Assembly (NCBI RefSeq): GCF_963921235.1 | Contig: NC_086097.1 | Location: 2,852,001 to 2,916,000, forward strand | From: Mobula hypostoma | Lineage: Eukaryota | Direction of reading: 5' to 3' | DNA: 64,000 nucleotides | Shown: piece after piece, positions 24,670 to 36,608 of the stretch | Position numbering within the stretch: position 1 is the stretch's first letter | How the letters are laid out: the number at the start of each line of letters is the position of its first letter | Made by a program: the position numbers and the translations under genes | The notes under the pieces: model-generated | The model's database searches: none | What the model saw: the letters and a program-made list of their open reading frames with translations, nothing else | What the model was told of the DNA's origin: nothing

Positions 24670-27600
24670 GATGCAAATTTGATTCAGGCAGACCTTTGAT
24701 GTTCTTCACAGTTGGTTTCGGGCGGACTCTTTTATGTCTTCTATCCTGCTGTGGTCACTGTGACCCCTCCGTTCCGGATACGATCGTTCTTCCGCGGTGA
24801 ACCCGGCACCCAGGCAAGGGCGGACACACGCACTAGGTTCCCGCTGATCATACCCTTTCACCCTGTGCGTCTATGGTCGGTCCCGCGACCAGACCTCCAA
24901 ACTCCCACCAACTTGTGGGGGCACACCGTTCTTCCAGGGTCTCGTTGTCTCGTTATCGTGATCTCGTGGTGTGTCGTGCCTTCGCGAACCTGTTCTTTTT
25001 ATCCCCCTGCTGGGGTATCGCCTGTCTATCAAACTTCAAACAGTTCAGTTTCAAAGCAACCGGTCTGTCAATACTCAGAACTGTGTCTCTTTTCCGTTAT
25101 CTCTCTCTCCTCTCTCATTAACATTTTGAACGTTTCTCCATTGTCTCCCTTATCTCTCTCATTAGTATCAATCGTTTGATAACTTGGTTTGTCGTCACCT
25201 TCAAAGGATTTTTACCGGGGTAAAGATTATAGGCATGAATACATTATTAGATACACACTAATATACAGGGTCATCAGCGATTCGGCTAATACAGAGAACT
25301 TTAAGTTTTCAACACCTTGACAGACAGTCAGCAATCACATTGTCTGTTCCTTTTATATGTGTTATTTCAATATCAAATTCCCGTAAGACCAGGCTCCAAC
25401 TTAGCAAACTTTTGTTTTTATCCTTCATAGTGGCCAAAAACACTAATGGGTTGTGATCAGTGTAAATTATCAGTGGTTTCCGTGCCGGACAAATATAACA
25501 AAGGTCGTCCCACACAAACTTCACATTCTTTGGCAAGAGCTTAGTAAGTGGGAGGGTAATTTCCGCAAAATTTTTGCAAAACTTCCGATAGTACCCCACC
25601 ATCCCCAAGAACCTTCTCAGGGCTCTCTTGTTTGTCAGGGTGGGGACTTCAGAGATAGCCCGCACCTTAGCCTGTATCGGTGCCAGCTGCCCCTGTCCTA
25701 CCACAAATCCCAGATAAGTGACCTTCGCGTGGCTGAATTCACTTTTTGTGAGGTTCACTGTCAGGTTGGCTTCAGACAGCCTCTTAAACAGCTCCTCTAC
25801 TGCCACAATGTGCTCCTCCCACGTGTCACTCCAGACCACTAAATCGTCAATATACGCTTCTGCGTTCTTTAGCCCTTTTGTCACTGAATTAATCATCCTA
25901 TAGGGGTGTTGCTTACCAGGCTGACCTGATGTGACAACAACACCATGTACCGGCTCTTTGCATCGCCTCGGGACATCCGGACATACGTGTGTGTGCCGGT
26001 TAATTAGCTTTCTCAGCGGCTCGCTCTGTTCAGGGGTTAAGGGAGAGACCTTATCAGCAATGCTGGCCAAAACAATAGAGTTCTCCCATCTGGTCGGCAC
26101 CATACTTAGCTTTTCAAAATGGGTTTTCCCCTTATTGGGTGGCACCCTAGCCTCATTAATTTTCGTGATAACCGACTGGGTCTGCTTGCTTATCGTGGCA
26201 AGCTGTTAACATATCAATAGACTCTAACTCGGTTAGCTCACGTCTACAATAGTCAATAGCATCCTTCCTCATGTGCGGCCAGTAAAACTTTTTCATGATT
26301 CTATCAACTGTTTTCCTCACCCCAAAATGTCCACCGAGGGGTATCTTGTGGGCCAGATTAAAAATCTCGCCCCTATAAATTTTCGGCACTACCACCTGGT
26401 GCACCACCCCCCATTCCTCATCTGCGGGCACGGTACGTGGTCTCCATTTCCTCATTAGTACTCCCTCCTTCACATAATAGCCCACTGGCTCCCTTTTTAA
26501 TTCTGCTTCGGAGAGAGCTGTCTCCGCCAAAACCATCAGCTCCTCGTCTCGCTCCTGTGCCTGTATAAATTCCTTCCTTGCTAATGATAAATCTACCTCA
26601 ACTCCCTCACTTCCTTCCGCTCCACTATGCTCCTTCTTCTCACTTTCTAATCCCTCCTGGTACAAGGCTGGTAAAAATGTCTCAGCTAAATCTACGTTCG
26701 CTTTGGCAGCCTTTCTGGACATGCGCCGAGTCACTGCGCAAACGGGATAAACCTGTGAGTCCATGGGCGGGGCCTCAATGCTGGCAGGTTTTCTTGTCAG
26801 TTCTACTGCTGGGTACACCTCTCCGCTGATGAGGTCATTACCGAGTAAGACCTCCACGTCTTCCATCGGTAGTTCGGGCCTCACCCCTATCGTGACCAGT
26901 GTGGAGACCAAGTCGCTTTTTAGGTGTGTCTGGTGCAAAAATGAATTGCTTCAGTCCCTTTCCCAATGCCTTTTATTACACTGACCTCCCCAGTCTTGGT
27001 CTTTGAACTAAAGTCTAAAACACTCCTTAAGATCAGTGACTGACAAGCTCCAGTGTCTCTCCAGATCCGTACTGGAACTGGGTTTGACCCCTCTTTCACC
27101 GACACCAATCCGGCCGAAATAAACTTCTCGCGCCGTTCCTGAACTCTATCAGACCTCTTCTCCCCTAGCAGTTTATTTGCCGGCTCAATACAGCCAGTTG
27201 GGAGTTGACGTTTTTCCTTTCGCCGTCTCCTTCTTTGGGGCAAAGCACCTGGACGCAAAGTGACTGGCTTTCCCACAATTATAGTATATGACCCTGGGAG
27301 ACTTCCTACCAAACTGCTTCCTGTCTTCCTTATCCTTCTCACTAGTGCCCGGCTTACTTTCTGGCTTTTCCGGCGGACTCTCTCCGCCCTCTCGACTACC
27401 CTTGTGGTAGCTTTTACTCGGGGTAAACTTCGCTTTGTGTGTTAATGCGTACTCACCCGCTAACTTGGCAGTTGTGGCTAAGGTTTCTGCCTCTTTCTCA
27501 TCTAGATAGGGCCTCATACCTTCAGGGACACACCTTTTCAAACTGCTCAATCAGTATTAGCTGTAGCAGTCTGTCATAATTCCCATTGACCCCTTCCGAG

Positions 27601-29290
27601 GCGCACCAACGCTCACAATACATCTGCATCTCACGGGCAAACTCTAAATACGTACGGCCCCACTGCTTCCTCACATTCCGGAACCTCTGTTGGTATGCCT
27701 CCGGGACCAACTCATAAATCCTGAGTATCACCTCTTTCACCACATCATACCTCTGGGCATCTTCTGCGGACAATGCCGAGTAAGCTTGCTGAGCTTTTCC
27801 TTTAAGTACGCTCTGAAGCAAAACAGCCCACTTATCCCTCGGCCAGTCCTGACTTGCAGCGACTTTTTCAAAATGTAGAAAGTACCGATCAACATTGGCC
27901 TCCTCAAATGGGGGAACCAACCTAACCTTCTGGGTCGCCCTGAACCCTCCACCTTGGTTCGGCATGGGGCCCTGCGCTAGTGTCATCCTTAACTTCTCCA
28001 GCTCAAATTCCCTGTCCTTCTGCTTCTCTCTTCTCATTCTAACTGCCTGTCCCTCTCTTCTCGTTCTAGCTGTTTTACCCAGAACTTGTGCTCGAGTTTC
28101 AATTTTTCCATCTGCAGCTGTACTGCTCCTCACCAGGTTTGCCCATAGATACCACCTCCAGCTCCCCTTGGGGAAACACACCTTTAGACACATAATGCTC
28201 TATGATAGCTCTGTGCATCTCTGCTCTCCTCAATGTCGACTTCCCCTTAAAAAGATTCAACGGTTTGGCAACAGTCACCAATTCTGATTTCCTGGCATCC
28301 TCTAATGCCTCCAAGGTTGGCGCCTTTAGAAATTCCTCAATCTCCATTTCTGCTGTTTGCCCTTTCTTTCTTTCGGGAATTTTAACCCAACCAATTTACC
28401 CAGTCCCAAATTTGGCATTCAGAATCCCGGACGAGATCCCCACTTATGTTACGTACCCCGTAACTGGGTTGCCAAACCAGCAGGAATGGACCACTTAGTT
28501 GGAGTCTGGATTACTGAACTAAGAAAGTTTTATTAAAGAAATAAGTAACACAGTACTCTAATAGTAAGGATATAAATGCAACAGGTTAGCAATGATAAAA
28601 CACACATGTACACAGAACTAGGATAATAGGATCAGTCAAGCTCTATCGCAGTGTAGGGGTAAAATGATCAGTCTCAAGTGACGCAGAGTTCAGTTCAGTT
28701 TAGTTCAGTTCGCAGTAATCACTGTTGTGCCATTGGGGGGAGAGAGAGAGAGAGATGCAAATTTGATTCAGGCAGACCTTTGATGTTCTTCGCAGTTGGT
28801 TTCGTGCGGACCCTCTTATGTCTTCTATCCCGCTGTGGTCACCGACTGTGACCCCTCCGTTCCGGATATGACCGTTTTTCCGCAGTGAACCCGGCACCCA
28901 GGCAAAGGCGGACACACACACCAGGTTCCCACTGATCGTACCTTTGCACCCTGTGCGTCTATGGTTGGTTCCCGCGAGCCGGACCTCTAAACTCCACCAA
29001 CTTGTGGGGGCACACCGCCCTTCCAGGGTCTCGTTATTTCGTGATCTCGTGATCTCATGATGTGTTGTGCCTTAGCGAACCTGTTCTTTTTATCCCCCTG
29101 CTGGGGTATCACCTGTTCATCAAACTTCAAACAGTTCAGGTTCAAAGCAACCGGTCTGTCAATATTCTGAATTGTGTTTCTTTTCCGTTATCTCTCTCTC
29201 CTCTCTCATTAACATTTTGAACGTTTCTCCATTGTCTCCCTTATCTCTCTCATTAGCATCAATTGTCTGATAACTTGGTTTGTCGTCACA
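24337..29290 (-). mobile_element. Gmr1-like Ty3/Gypsy LTR retrotransposon, two LTRs, internally deleted
   Basis: LTRs 24337-~25199 and 28447-29290 (TGTTAC...GTCACA); 4-bp TSD AAGT at 24333-36 and 29291-94; gag with SCAN-like region and zinc knuckle, protease RDTGA, integrase HHCC remnant, RT YIDD, RNase H TDH/NVIAD. Confidence 0.95.
28424..28442 (-). promoter_or_regulatory. Primer-binding site, tRNA-Pro type
   Basis: Minus strand TGGGGATCTCGTCCGGGAT, 4 nt inside the 5' LTR; near the canonical tRNA-Pro PBS TGGGGGCTCGTCCGGGAT. Confidence 0.8.
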
Positions 29291-29299
29291 AAGTTTAAA

Positions 29300-29640
29300 A
29301 GCTGTTGTACTGGGGCAGTTCCACTGTCTTGACCTCAGAAGTCTGGGTCAAGTGGGACGAGTAATTCTCACAGCTTGGCTGCAGTGGATGACCATGACTA
29401 TTTCTGTGCCTTGTCATGCCCTTCGCCATCCATGTAGGACAGCAAAACCGCCTTCCTGACCATTTGACCTCACTGTAGATTGCATCTGCCCAGTCCCTGA
29501 GATGACTAAACAGGCTAGGATAGGCATGTCCCTATCTCACAGGGGTATGAGACCCGTTTGACTACCCCCACCTGGTTTAGTCCACCTGTTGAAGTGGTGT
29601 ATCTAAGTAGCATGTGACAGTAGCCACACTGGTGCACATT
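29300..29640 (-). mobile_element. Diverged, 5'-truncated copy of the RTE-like short element
   Basis: Shares gtggatgacca, ccgccttc.tgacc, tgagaccc, cacctggtttag with 15340-15445 / 18411-18520. Confidence 0.65.
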
Positions 29641-29997
29641 CCATAAAGAAACATATAGATTGTTATTTCAGTTTGATACTTTCAATTGCCACGTGATCTT
29701 ATACTACTGTGTTTCTAGGGTTTTAAATCTCATTTTACATTTATATTTCCATGGGAAAGTGTATGACATGAAGCTTTGGGAGATGAGGAATGGCTATAAA
29801 GGCTTGATGATTCGTTGCAAAGATCTTTGTCTTGAACTTGTTTATTATTGTCACACGTCCCAGAATCCAGTGAAAAGCTTCTCTTGCATTCAGATTAAAT
29901 CATTACACAGTGCATTGAGCTGGTTCTGGTCACCTAGCTACAGGGAGAAGGCTATTAAGTTGGAAAGGGTGCAGATAAGATTCTTTAGGACTTGGGT

Positions 29998-30980
29998 TAT
30001 AAGACCATAATTCATAGGAGCAGAATTAGGCCATTCAGCCCACTGAGTCTGCTCTACCATTCCATCATGGCTGCTCTCAGATCCCACTCAACTCCGTACA
30101 CCTGCCTTCTTACCATATCTTTTGATGCCTTGATCAATCAGGAAACGATCCACGGACTTGGCTCCACTGAAGTCTGTGGCAGAGCATTCCACAGATTCAC
30201 TACTCTCTGGCTAAAAAAAAAATCCTCCTTATCTCTGTTCTAAAGGTTCGTCCTTCAATCTTGAGGCTGTGCCCTCAGAGTTTCAGATATGCCTACTATC
30301 GGAAACATCCTCTCCACATCCACCCTATCTAGTCCTTTCAACATTTGGTAGGTTTCAATGAGATCCCCACCCATTCTTCTAAAATCCAGTGAGTACGTGC
30401 CCAAAGCTGTCAAAAGCTCCTCATATGGTAACCCTTTTCTTCCCAGAATCATCCTCGTGAACCTCCTCTGGACTCTTTTCAATGACAACACATCCTTTCT
30501 GAGATGTGGGACCCAAAACTGTAGACAATACTCCAAGTGCAGCCTGACTAGTGTCTTATAAAAACTCAACATTATCTCCTTGCTTTTATATTCTATTCCC
30601 TTGAAGTAAATGCCAACATTGCATTTGCCTTTTTTACCACAGACTCAACCTGTAAATTAACCATCTGGGAGTCTTGTACAAGGACTCCTAAGTCCCTCTG
30701 CACCTCTGATGTTTGAACCTTCTCCCCATTTAGACGATAGTTCATGTTATTGTTCCTTTTGTCAAAATGCATTATCATATGTTTCTCAACACTGTATTTC
30801 GTCTGCCATTTTTTTGCCCATTCTTCTAATTTGTCCAAGTCCTGCTGCAATCACATTGCTTCCTCAGCACTACCTACCCCTCTACCTATCTTTGTATCAT
30901 CCACAGACTTTGCCACAAAGCCATCAATTCCATTATCCTAATCATTGCCAAACAATGTGAAAAGTAGTGGTCCCAATACT
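29998..30980 (-). mobile_element. CR1 RT/3' fragment
   Basis: ORFs 30255..30572, 30593..30850; family match to 18909-19800. Confidence 0.88.
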
Positions 30981-31246
30981 GGGGCTGGGGCTTTTTCCCT
31001 TGAAGCACAATAGTCTAAGAGGTGACTCTTCAGAAGCATCCCAAATTGTGAGGGTCAGAGATAAGATATATGGTTACAGTTTTTTTTTCCAGGGCAGGGA
31101 TATTGGTATTGGTTTATTATTGTCACATGTCAAGCTAGTCTTACATACAGATCAGATCATTACATTGTGCGTTGAACTAGAATAAAGTAAAACAATAACA
31201 ATGCAGAATAAAGTGCAACAGCTGCCAAAAGAGTGCATTGTAGGTA

Positions 31247-32868
31247 CAGTGACGTGCAAAAGTTTGGGCACCCGGGCCAAAATTTCTGTTACTGTGAATA
31301 GCTAAGCGAGTAAAAGATGACTTGATTTCTGAAAGGCATGAAGTTAAAGATGACACATTTCTTTAATATTTTAAGCAAGATTACTTTTTTATTTCCATCT
31401 TTTACAGTTTCAAAATAACAAAAAAGGAAAAGGGCCTGAAGCAAAAGTTTGGGCACCCTGCGTGGTCAGTACTTAATAACACCCCCTTTGGCAAGTATCA
31501 CAGCCTGTAAATGCTTTCTGTAGCCAGCTAAGAGTCTTTCAGTTCTTGTTTGGGGGATTTTTGCCCATTCTTCCTTGCAAACGGCTTCTAGTTCAGTGAG
31601 ATTCTTGGGCCGTCTTGCATGCACTGCTCTTTTGAGGTCTATCCACAGATTTTCGATGATGTTTAGGTTGAGGTACTGTGAGGGCCATGGCAAAACCTTC
31701 AGCTTGTGCCTCTTGAGGGAGTCCATTGTGGATTTTGAGGTGTGTTTAGGATCATTATCCTGTTGTGGAAGCCATCATCTTTTTATCTTCAGCCTTTTTA
31801 CAGACGGTGTGATGTCTGTTTCCAGAATTTGCTCGTATTTAATTGAATTCATTCTTCCCTCTACCAGTGAAATGTTCCTCATGCCACTGGCTGCAACACA
31901 AGCCTGAAGCATGATCGATCCACCGCCGTGCTTAACAGTTGGAGAGGTGTTCTTTTCATGAAATCCTGCACCCTTTTTTCTCCAAACATACCTTTGCTCA
32001 TTGCGGCCAAAAAGTTTTATTTTAACTTCATCAGTCCACAGGACTTGTTTCCAAAATGCATCAGGCTTGTTTAGATGTTCCTTTGCAAACTTCTGACGCT
32101 GAATTTTGTGGTGAGGACGCAGAAAAGGTTTTCTTCTGATGACTCTTCCATGAAGGTCATAATTATGCTGGTGTCGTTGCACAGTAGAACAGTGCACCAC
32201 CACTCCAGAGTCCGCTAAATCTTCCTGAAGGTCTTTTGCAGTCAAATGGGGGTCTTGATTTGCCTTTCGAGCAATCATGCGAGCAGTTCTCTCGGAAAGT
32301 TTTCTTGGTCTTCCAGACCTCAACTTGACCTCCACCATTCCTGTTAACTGCCATTTCTTAATTACATTACGAACTGAGGAAACGTCTACCTGAAAAGGCT
32401 TTGCTATCTTCTTATAGCCTTCTCCTGCTTTGTGGGCATTATTTACTTTAATTTTCAGAGTGCTAGGCAGCTGCTTAGAGGAGCCCATGGCTGCTGATTG
32501 TTGGGGCAAGGTTTGAGGAGTCAGCGTATTTATAAAGCTTTGAAATTTGCATCACCTGGCCTTTCCTAACGATGACTGTGAACAAACCATAGTTCTAACA
32601 AGCTAATTAAGGTCTGAGACCTTGGTAAAAGTTAATCTGAGAGCTCAAATCTCCTGGGGTGCCCAAACTTTTGCACAGTGCTCTTTTCCTTTTTTCACTC
32701 TAAAATTGTACAAAACAAAAATAATACACTAATTTTGCTTAAAATGTTGAAAAGAATATTTCATCTTTAACTTTATGACCTTTGGAGATCAGTTCATCTT
32801 CTACTCACTTAACTATTCACAGTAACAGAAGTTTTGACCAGGAGTGCACAAACTTCTGCATGCCACTG
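31247..32868 (-). mobile_element. Full-length IR/DR-type Tc1 transposon (1622 bp), TA TSD
   Basis: TA|CAGTG...CACTG|TA; ~210-bp TIRs with inner direct repeat gcaaaagtttgggcaccc (31441) / gggtgcccaaacttttgc (~32657). Confidence 0.95.
31466..32488 (-). pseudogene. Tc1 DD34E transposase, 340 codons, one premature TGA at 31775-31777
   Basis: MGSSKQL..GRPRK..WTDEVK..TVKHGGG..R*WLPQQDNDPKH..NLNIIENLW; the two listed ORFs share a frame. Confidence 0.92.
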
Positions 32869-33188
32869 TAAGTGATGGAGTGCAAGATCATAAAGAGGTG
32901 GAAAGGGGCTGTTCAATAGTCTGATAATAATGCTGATAGGAGTGTTCATACTTCTTTATCTTCTGACTGATGGGAGAAGGAGGAAGTGTGGGTGATGTCT
33001 GGCTGCTTTACTGAGGCAGTGAAAAGTATAGACAGAATCCACGGGGGCAGTTGGTTCCTGTGATGTGTTGAGCTGTGTTCGCATCTCTCTGCATTTTCTT
33101 GTGGTCATGTGCAGGGCAGTTATGCATCCAGGTAGAATGCTTTCTCAAAGTTCAAGTTCAAAGTACATTTATCATTAATGTATATGTA

Positions 33189-33751
33189 TTAGTCATAGTC
33201 ATAGTCATACTTTATTGATCCCGGGGAAAATTGGTTTTCGTTACAGTTGCACCACAAATAATAAATAGTATTAAAACCATAAATAGTTAAATAGTAATAC
33301 GTAAATTATGCCAGGAAATAAGTCCAGGACCAGCCTATTGGCTCAGGGTGTCTGACCCTCCAAGGGAGGAGTTGTAAAGTTTGATGGCCACAGGCAGGAT
33401 TGACTTCCTATGACGCTCTGTGTTGCATCTTGGTAGAAGGAGTCTCTGGTTGAATGTACTCCTGTGCCTACCCAGTACATTATGTAGTGGATGGGAGACA
33501 TTGTCCAAGATGGCATGCAACTTGGACAGCATCCTCTTTTCAGACACCACCGTGAGAGAGTCCAGTTCTATCTCCACAACATCACTGGCCTTATGAATGA
33601 GTTTGTTGATCCTGTTGGTGTCTGCTACCCTCAGCCTGCTGCCCCAGCACACAACAGCAAACATGATAGCACTGGCCACCGCAGACTCGTAGAACATCCT
33701 CAGCATCGTCCGGCAGATGTTAAAGGACCTCAGTCTCCTCAGAAAGTAGAG
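33189..33751 (-). mobile_element. 5'-truncated Rex/Babar-like LINE with (GACTAT)n tail and 11-bp TSD
   Basis: ORF 33335..33706; ATGTATATGTA at 33178-33188 and 33752-33762; close second copy at ~59861-60170. Confidence 0.85.
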
Positions 33752-34469
33752 ATGTATATGTAACCTTGAGATTCGTCTATGGTTATCAATAAAAATTAAA
33801 AGAAGTTAACACCGACATGCCAAATTTCTTGAACATCCTGAGGAAGTCGAGGCATAAATGAACGTTTTTCACTGTGACATCAGTGTGGTTGCTCCAGCTC
33901 AGTTTAATTGGTGACGATTACACCTAGGAACGTGAAACTCTCAGCCTCTCAAGCTCAATACCATTGATGTACAGTAGACAGGAACATGTGCGCTGTCCCC
34001 CTTTCTAAGGTCAATGACCAGCTCTTATTGACATCAAGGGAAGGTTGTTGTCTTGTTACAGTGTCACTAAGCTCTCTATCTCCTTCCTGTACTCTGACTG
34101 ATGGTTATTTGAGATTGCGTTTGAGTAGAATCTGTGCTCACGGTCATGAGTGTACAGGGAGTAGAGTAGGGATCTGAGGACACAACCTTGTGGAGCACCA
34201 GTGTATAGAAAAGTGGTAACAGAGGATTTGTTGCCTTTTCTGACTGTTTGTGGTGTGTTGGTCAGGAAGTCAAGGGTCCAGTTGCAGAGAGAGGCATTAA
34301 CTCCTATGGTTCAGAGTTTGGTGATGAGTTTGCTTAGTATTCAAGTATGGAAGCCAGAAGTGCAGTTAATAAATGATAGTTTGACATAGATGCCTTTACT
34401 GTCACAAATTTTTTAATATGGTCTTATTTGGGAGAATTTCCTTAAAATGACAGTTAATATCAAGCACAT

Positions 34470-34812
34470 GTCTTCAGAACATGATGCCTCAAAAAGGCAG
34501 CATCCATCATTAAGGACCCCCATCACCCAGGACATGCCCTCTTCTCATTGCTACCATCAAGGAGGAGGTACAGGAGCCTGAAGACATACACTGAACATTT
34601 CAGGAACAGTTTCTTCCCCTCTGCCATCAGATTTCTGAATGGACAATGAAGCCATGTACACCACCTCAATATATTTTGCTCTCTTTTTGTACTACTTTTT
34701 CAATTATATTTTCTTATTGTGATTTCTTTATGTAGTACACTACATTGCTGCCACAAAACAACAGATTTCACATTTGCCAATAATGTTAAATGTGATTCAA
34801 ATTCAGATTCTC
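34470..34812 (+). mobile_element. Rex1/Babar 3' fragment
   Basis: Homologous to 14880-15170 and 7890-8030. Confidence 0.7.
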
Positions 34813-35336
34813 ACTTTACACCGATGACTGTGTAGCCAAGTACAGCCTCAACACCATATTACATTACAGAAAATCTTTCCTCCCAAATGCAGTAAGCATT
34901 ACAACACTTCATATCTGTGCAACAGGAGAACACACATCATAGTACAATAGAGAAGAGAAAACCTGCAGATGCTGGAAATCGGAGCAAGACAGACAAAATG
35001 CTGGAGGAACTCAGCAGGCCAGGCAGCATCTATGGCAGCGTTCCCCAATTATTTTTCCACAACTCTCTGTGTGAAGAAGTTTTTCCTCATCTGGGTCCTA
35101 AAAGGCTTCCCCTTTATCCTCAAACTGTGATCCTCAGATGTTGTTGTTGCTGCTATTACCATTATTATTATTATTATTATTATTATTAGTAGTAGTAATA
35201 ATAACTTAGGCCTGAGATTCTCAAAGCCTGTGTTGTGGGTCTCACAAGGAAAAAAAAATGGAGTCTTGAAACAAGCAACACACATAAAAGTTACTGGTGA
35301 ACGCAGCAGGCTAGGCAGCAACTCTAGGAAGAGGTG

Positions 35337-35375
35337 CAGTCGACGTTTCTGGCCGAGACCCTTCGTCAGGACTAA
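35337..35375 (-). ncRNA. Minimal hammerhead motif (stem II closing pair mutated)
   Basis: Minus strand UAGUC-CUGACGA-A-GGGU(CUCG)GCCA-GAAAC-GUC^GACUG. Confidence 0.55.
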
Positions 35376-36121
35376 CTGAAGGAAGAGTGAGTGAGGGATT
35401 TGAAAGTTGGAGGGGGAGGGGGAGGGGGAGATCCAAAATGGTAGGAGAAGACAGGACGGGGAGGGATGGAGCCAAGAGCTGGACAGGTGATAGGCAAAAG
35501 GGATACGAGAGGATCATGGGACAGGAGGTCCGGGAAGAAAGACAACTGGGGGGGGGACCCAGAGGATGGGCAAGGGGTATATTCAGAGGGACAGAGGGAG
35601 AAAAAGGAGAGTGAGAGAAAGAATGTGTGTTTAAAAATAAGTAACAGATGGGGTACGAGGGGGAGGTGGGGCATTAGCGGAAGTTGGAGAAGTCGATGTT
35701 CATGCCATCAGGTTGGAGGCGACCCAGACGGAATATAAGGTGTTGTTCCTCCAACCTGAGTGTGGCTTCATCTTTACAGTAGAGGAGGCCGTGGATAGAC
35801 ATGTCAGAATGGGAATTGGATGTGGAATTAAAATGTGTGGCCACTGGGAGATCCTGCTTTCTCTGGCGGACAGAGCGTAGGTCTCCCAGTCTGCGTCGGG
35901 TCTCGCCAATATATAAAAGGCCACATTGGGAGCACCGGACGCAGTATATCACCCCAGTCGACTCACAGGTGAAGTGTTGCCTCACCTGGAAGGACTGTTT
36001 GGGGCCCTGAATGGTGGTAAGGGAGGAAGTGTAAGGGCATGTGTAGTACTTGTACAGCTTACACGGATAAGTGCCAGAAGGGAGATCAACTTTCAAATCC
36101 CTTACTCACTCTTCCTTCAGT

Positions 36122-36159
36122 TAGTCCTGACGAAGGGTCTCGGCCTGAAACGTCGACTG
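36122..36159 (+). ncRNA. Minimal type I hammerhead ribozyme motif, sense to UNC79 pre-mRNA
   Basis: UAGUC-CUGACGA-A-GGGU(CUCG)GCCU-GAAAC-GUC^GACUG; predicted cleavage after 36154. Confidence 0.7.
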
Positions 36160-36351
36160 CACCTCTTCCTAGAGATGCTGCCTGGCCTGCTGCGTTCACC
36201 AGCAACTTTCATGTGTGTTGCTTGAATTTCCAGCATCTGCAGAATTCCTGTTGTTTGAGTCTTGAAACAAAGTAAGTCCAAAACCAACCATTTAATTATG
36301 ACTCTAACTATCACAACTGTCAGATGTCACATTGAGAATCATCTGGGACTT

Positions 36352-36354
<3 letters not shown>

Positions 36355-36387
<33 letters not shown>
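36355..36387. repeat. (AC)n microsatellite
   Basis: Direct inspection. Confidence 0.95.
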
Positions 36388-36390
<3 letters not shown>

Positions 36391-36608
36391 CATGGTAGTC
36401 TTCACCACTTCTCTTCCACACAGTTTTAGTAGTAGTGCCTTTTCCACTGTTTCTGTTCTCTCATTTAATCTATTTGTACTTTTTAATTAAGCTTTGTAGC
36501 ATATGAAGTGTAGCTATAAATGAAATTATCGGTATTATTGTTGTTGTCATATTATTATACCACAATAAGATTGACAAATGGACAAAAATAAATTGATTCA
36601 CTCACCAA

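Larger units (their letters stand above)
35275..36256 (-). mobile_element. Penelope-like element: GIY-YIG endonuclease fragment with inverted pLTR arms and 14-bp TSD
   Basis: ORF 35674..36096 VIYCVRCSQCGLLYIGET..VATHFN..LEEQHLI..GMN; 35275-35410 inverted versus 36088-36225; GAGTCTTGAAACAA at 35261-35274 and 36257-36270. Confidence 0.92.

Noticed and set aside
27522..28347. Host SCAN zinc-finger gene
   Set aside because: Lies between LTRs with PBS and TSD and is followed by protease; no C2H2 fingers.
35140..35203. Poly-Cys/Tyr and poly-Ile/Leu ORF tracts
   Set aside because: Trinucleotide microsatellite (TTG/TAT/TAG/TAA runs).
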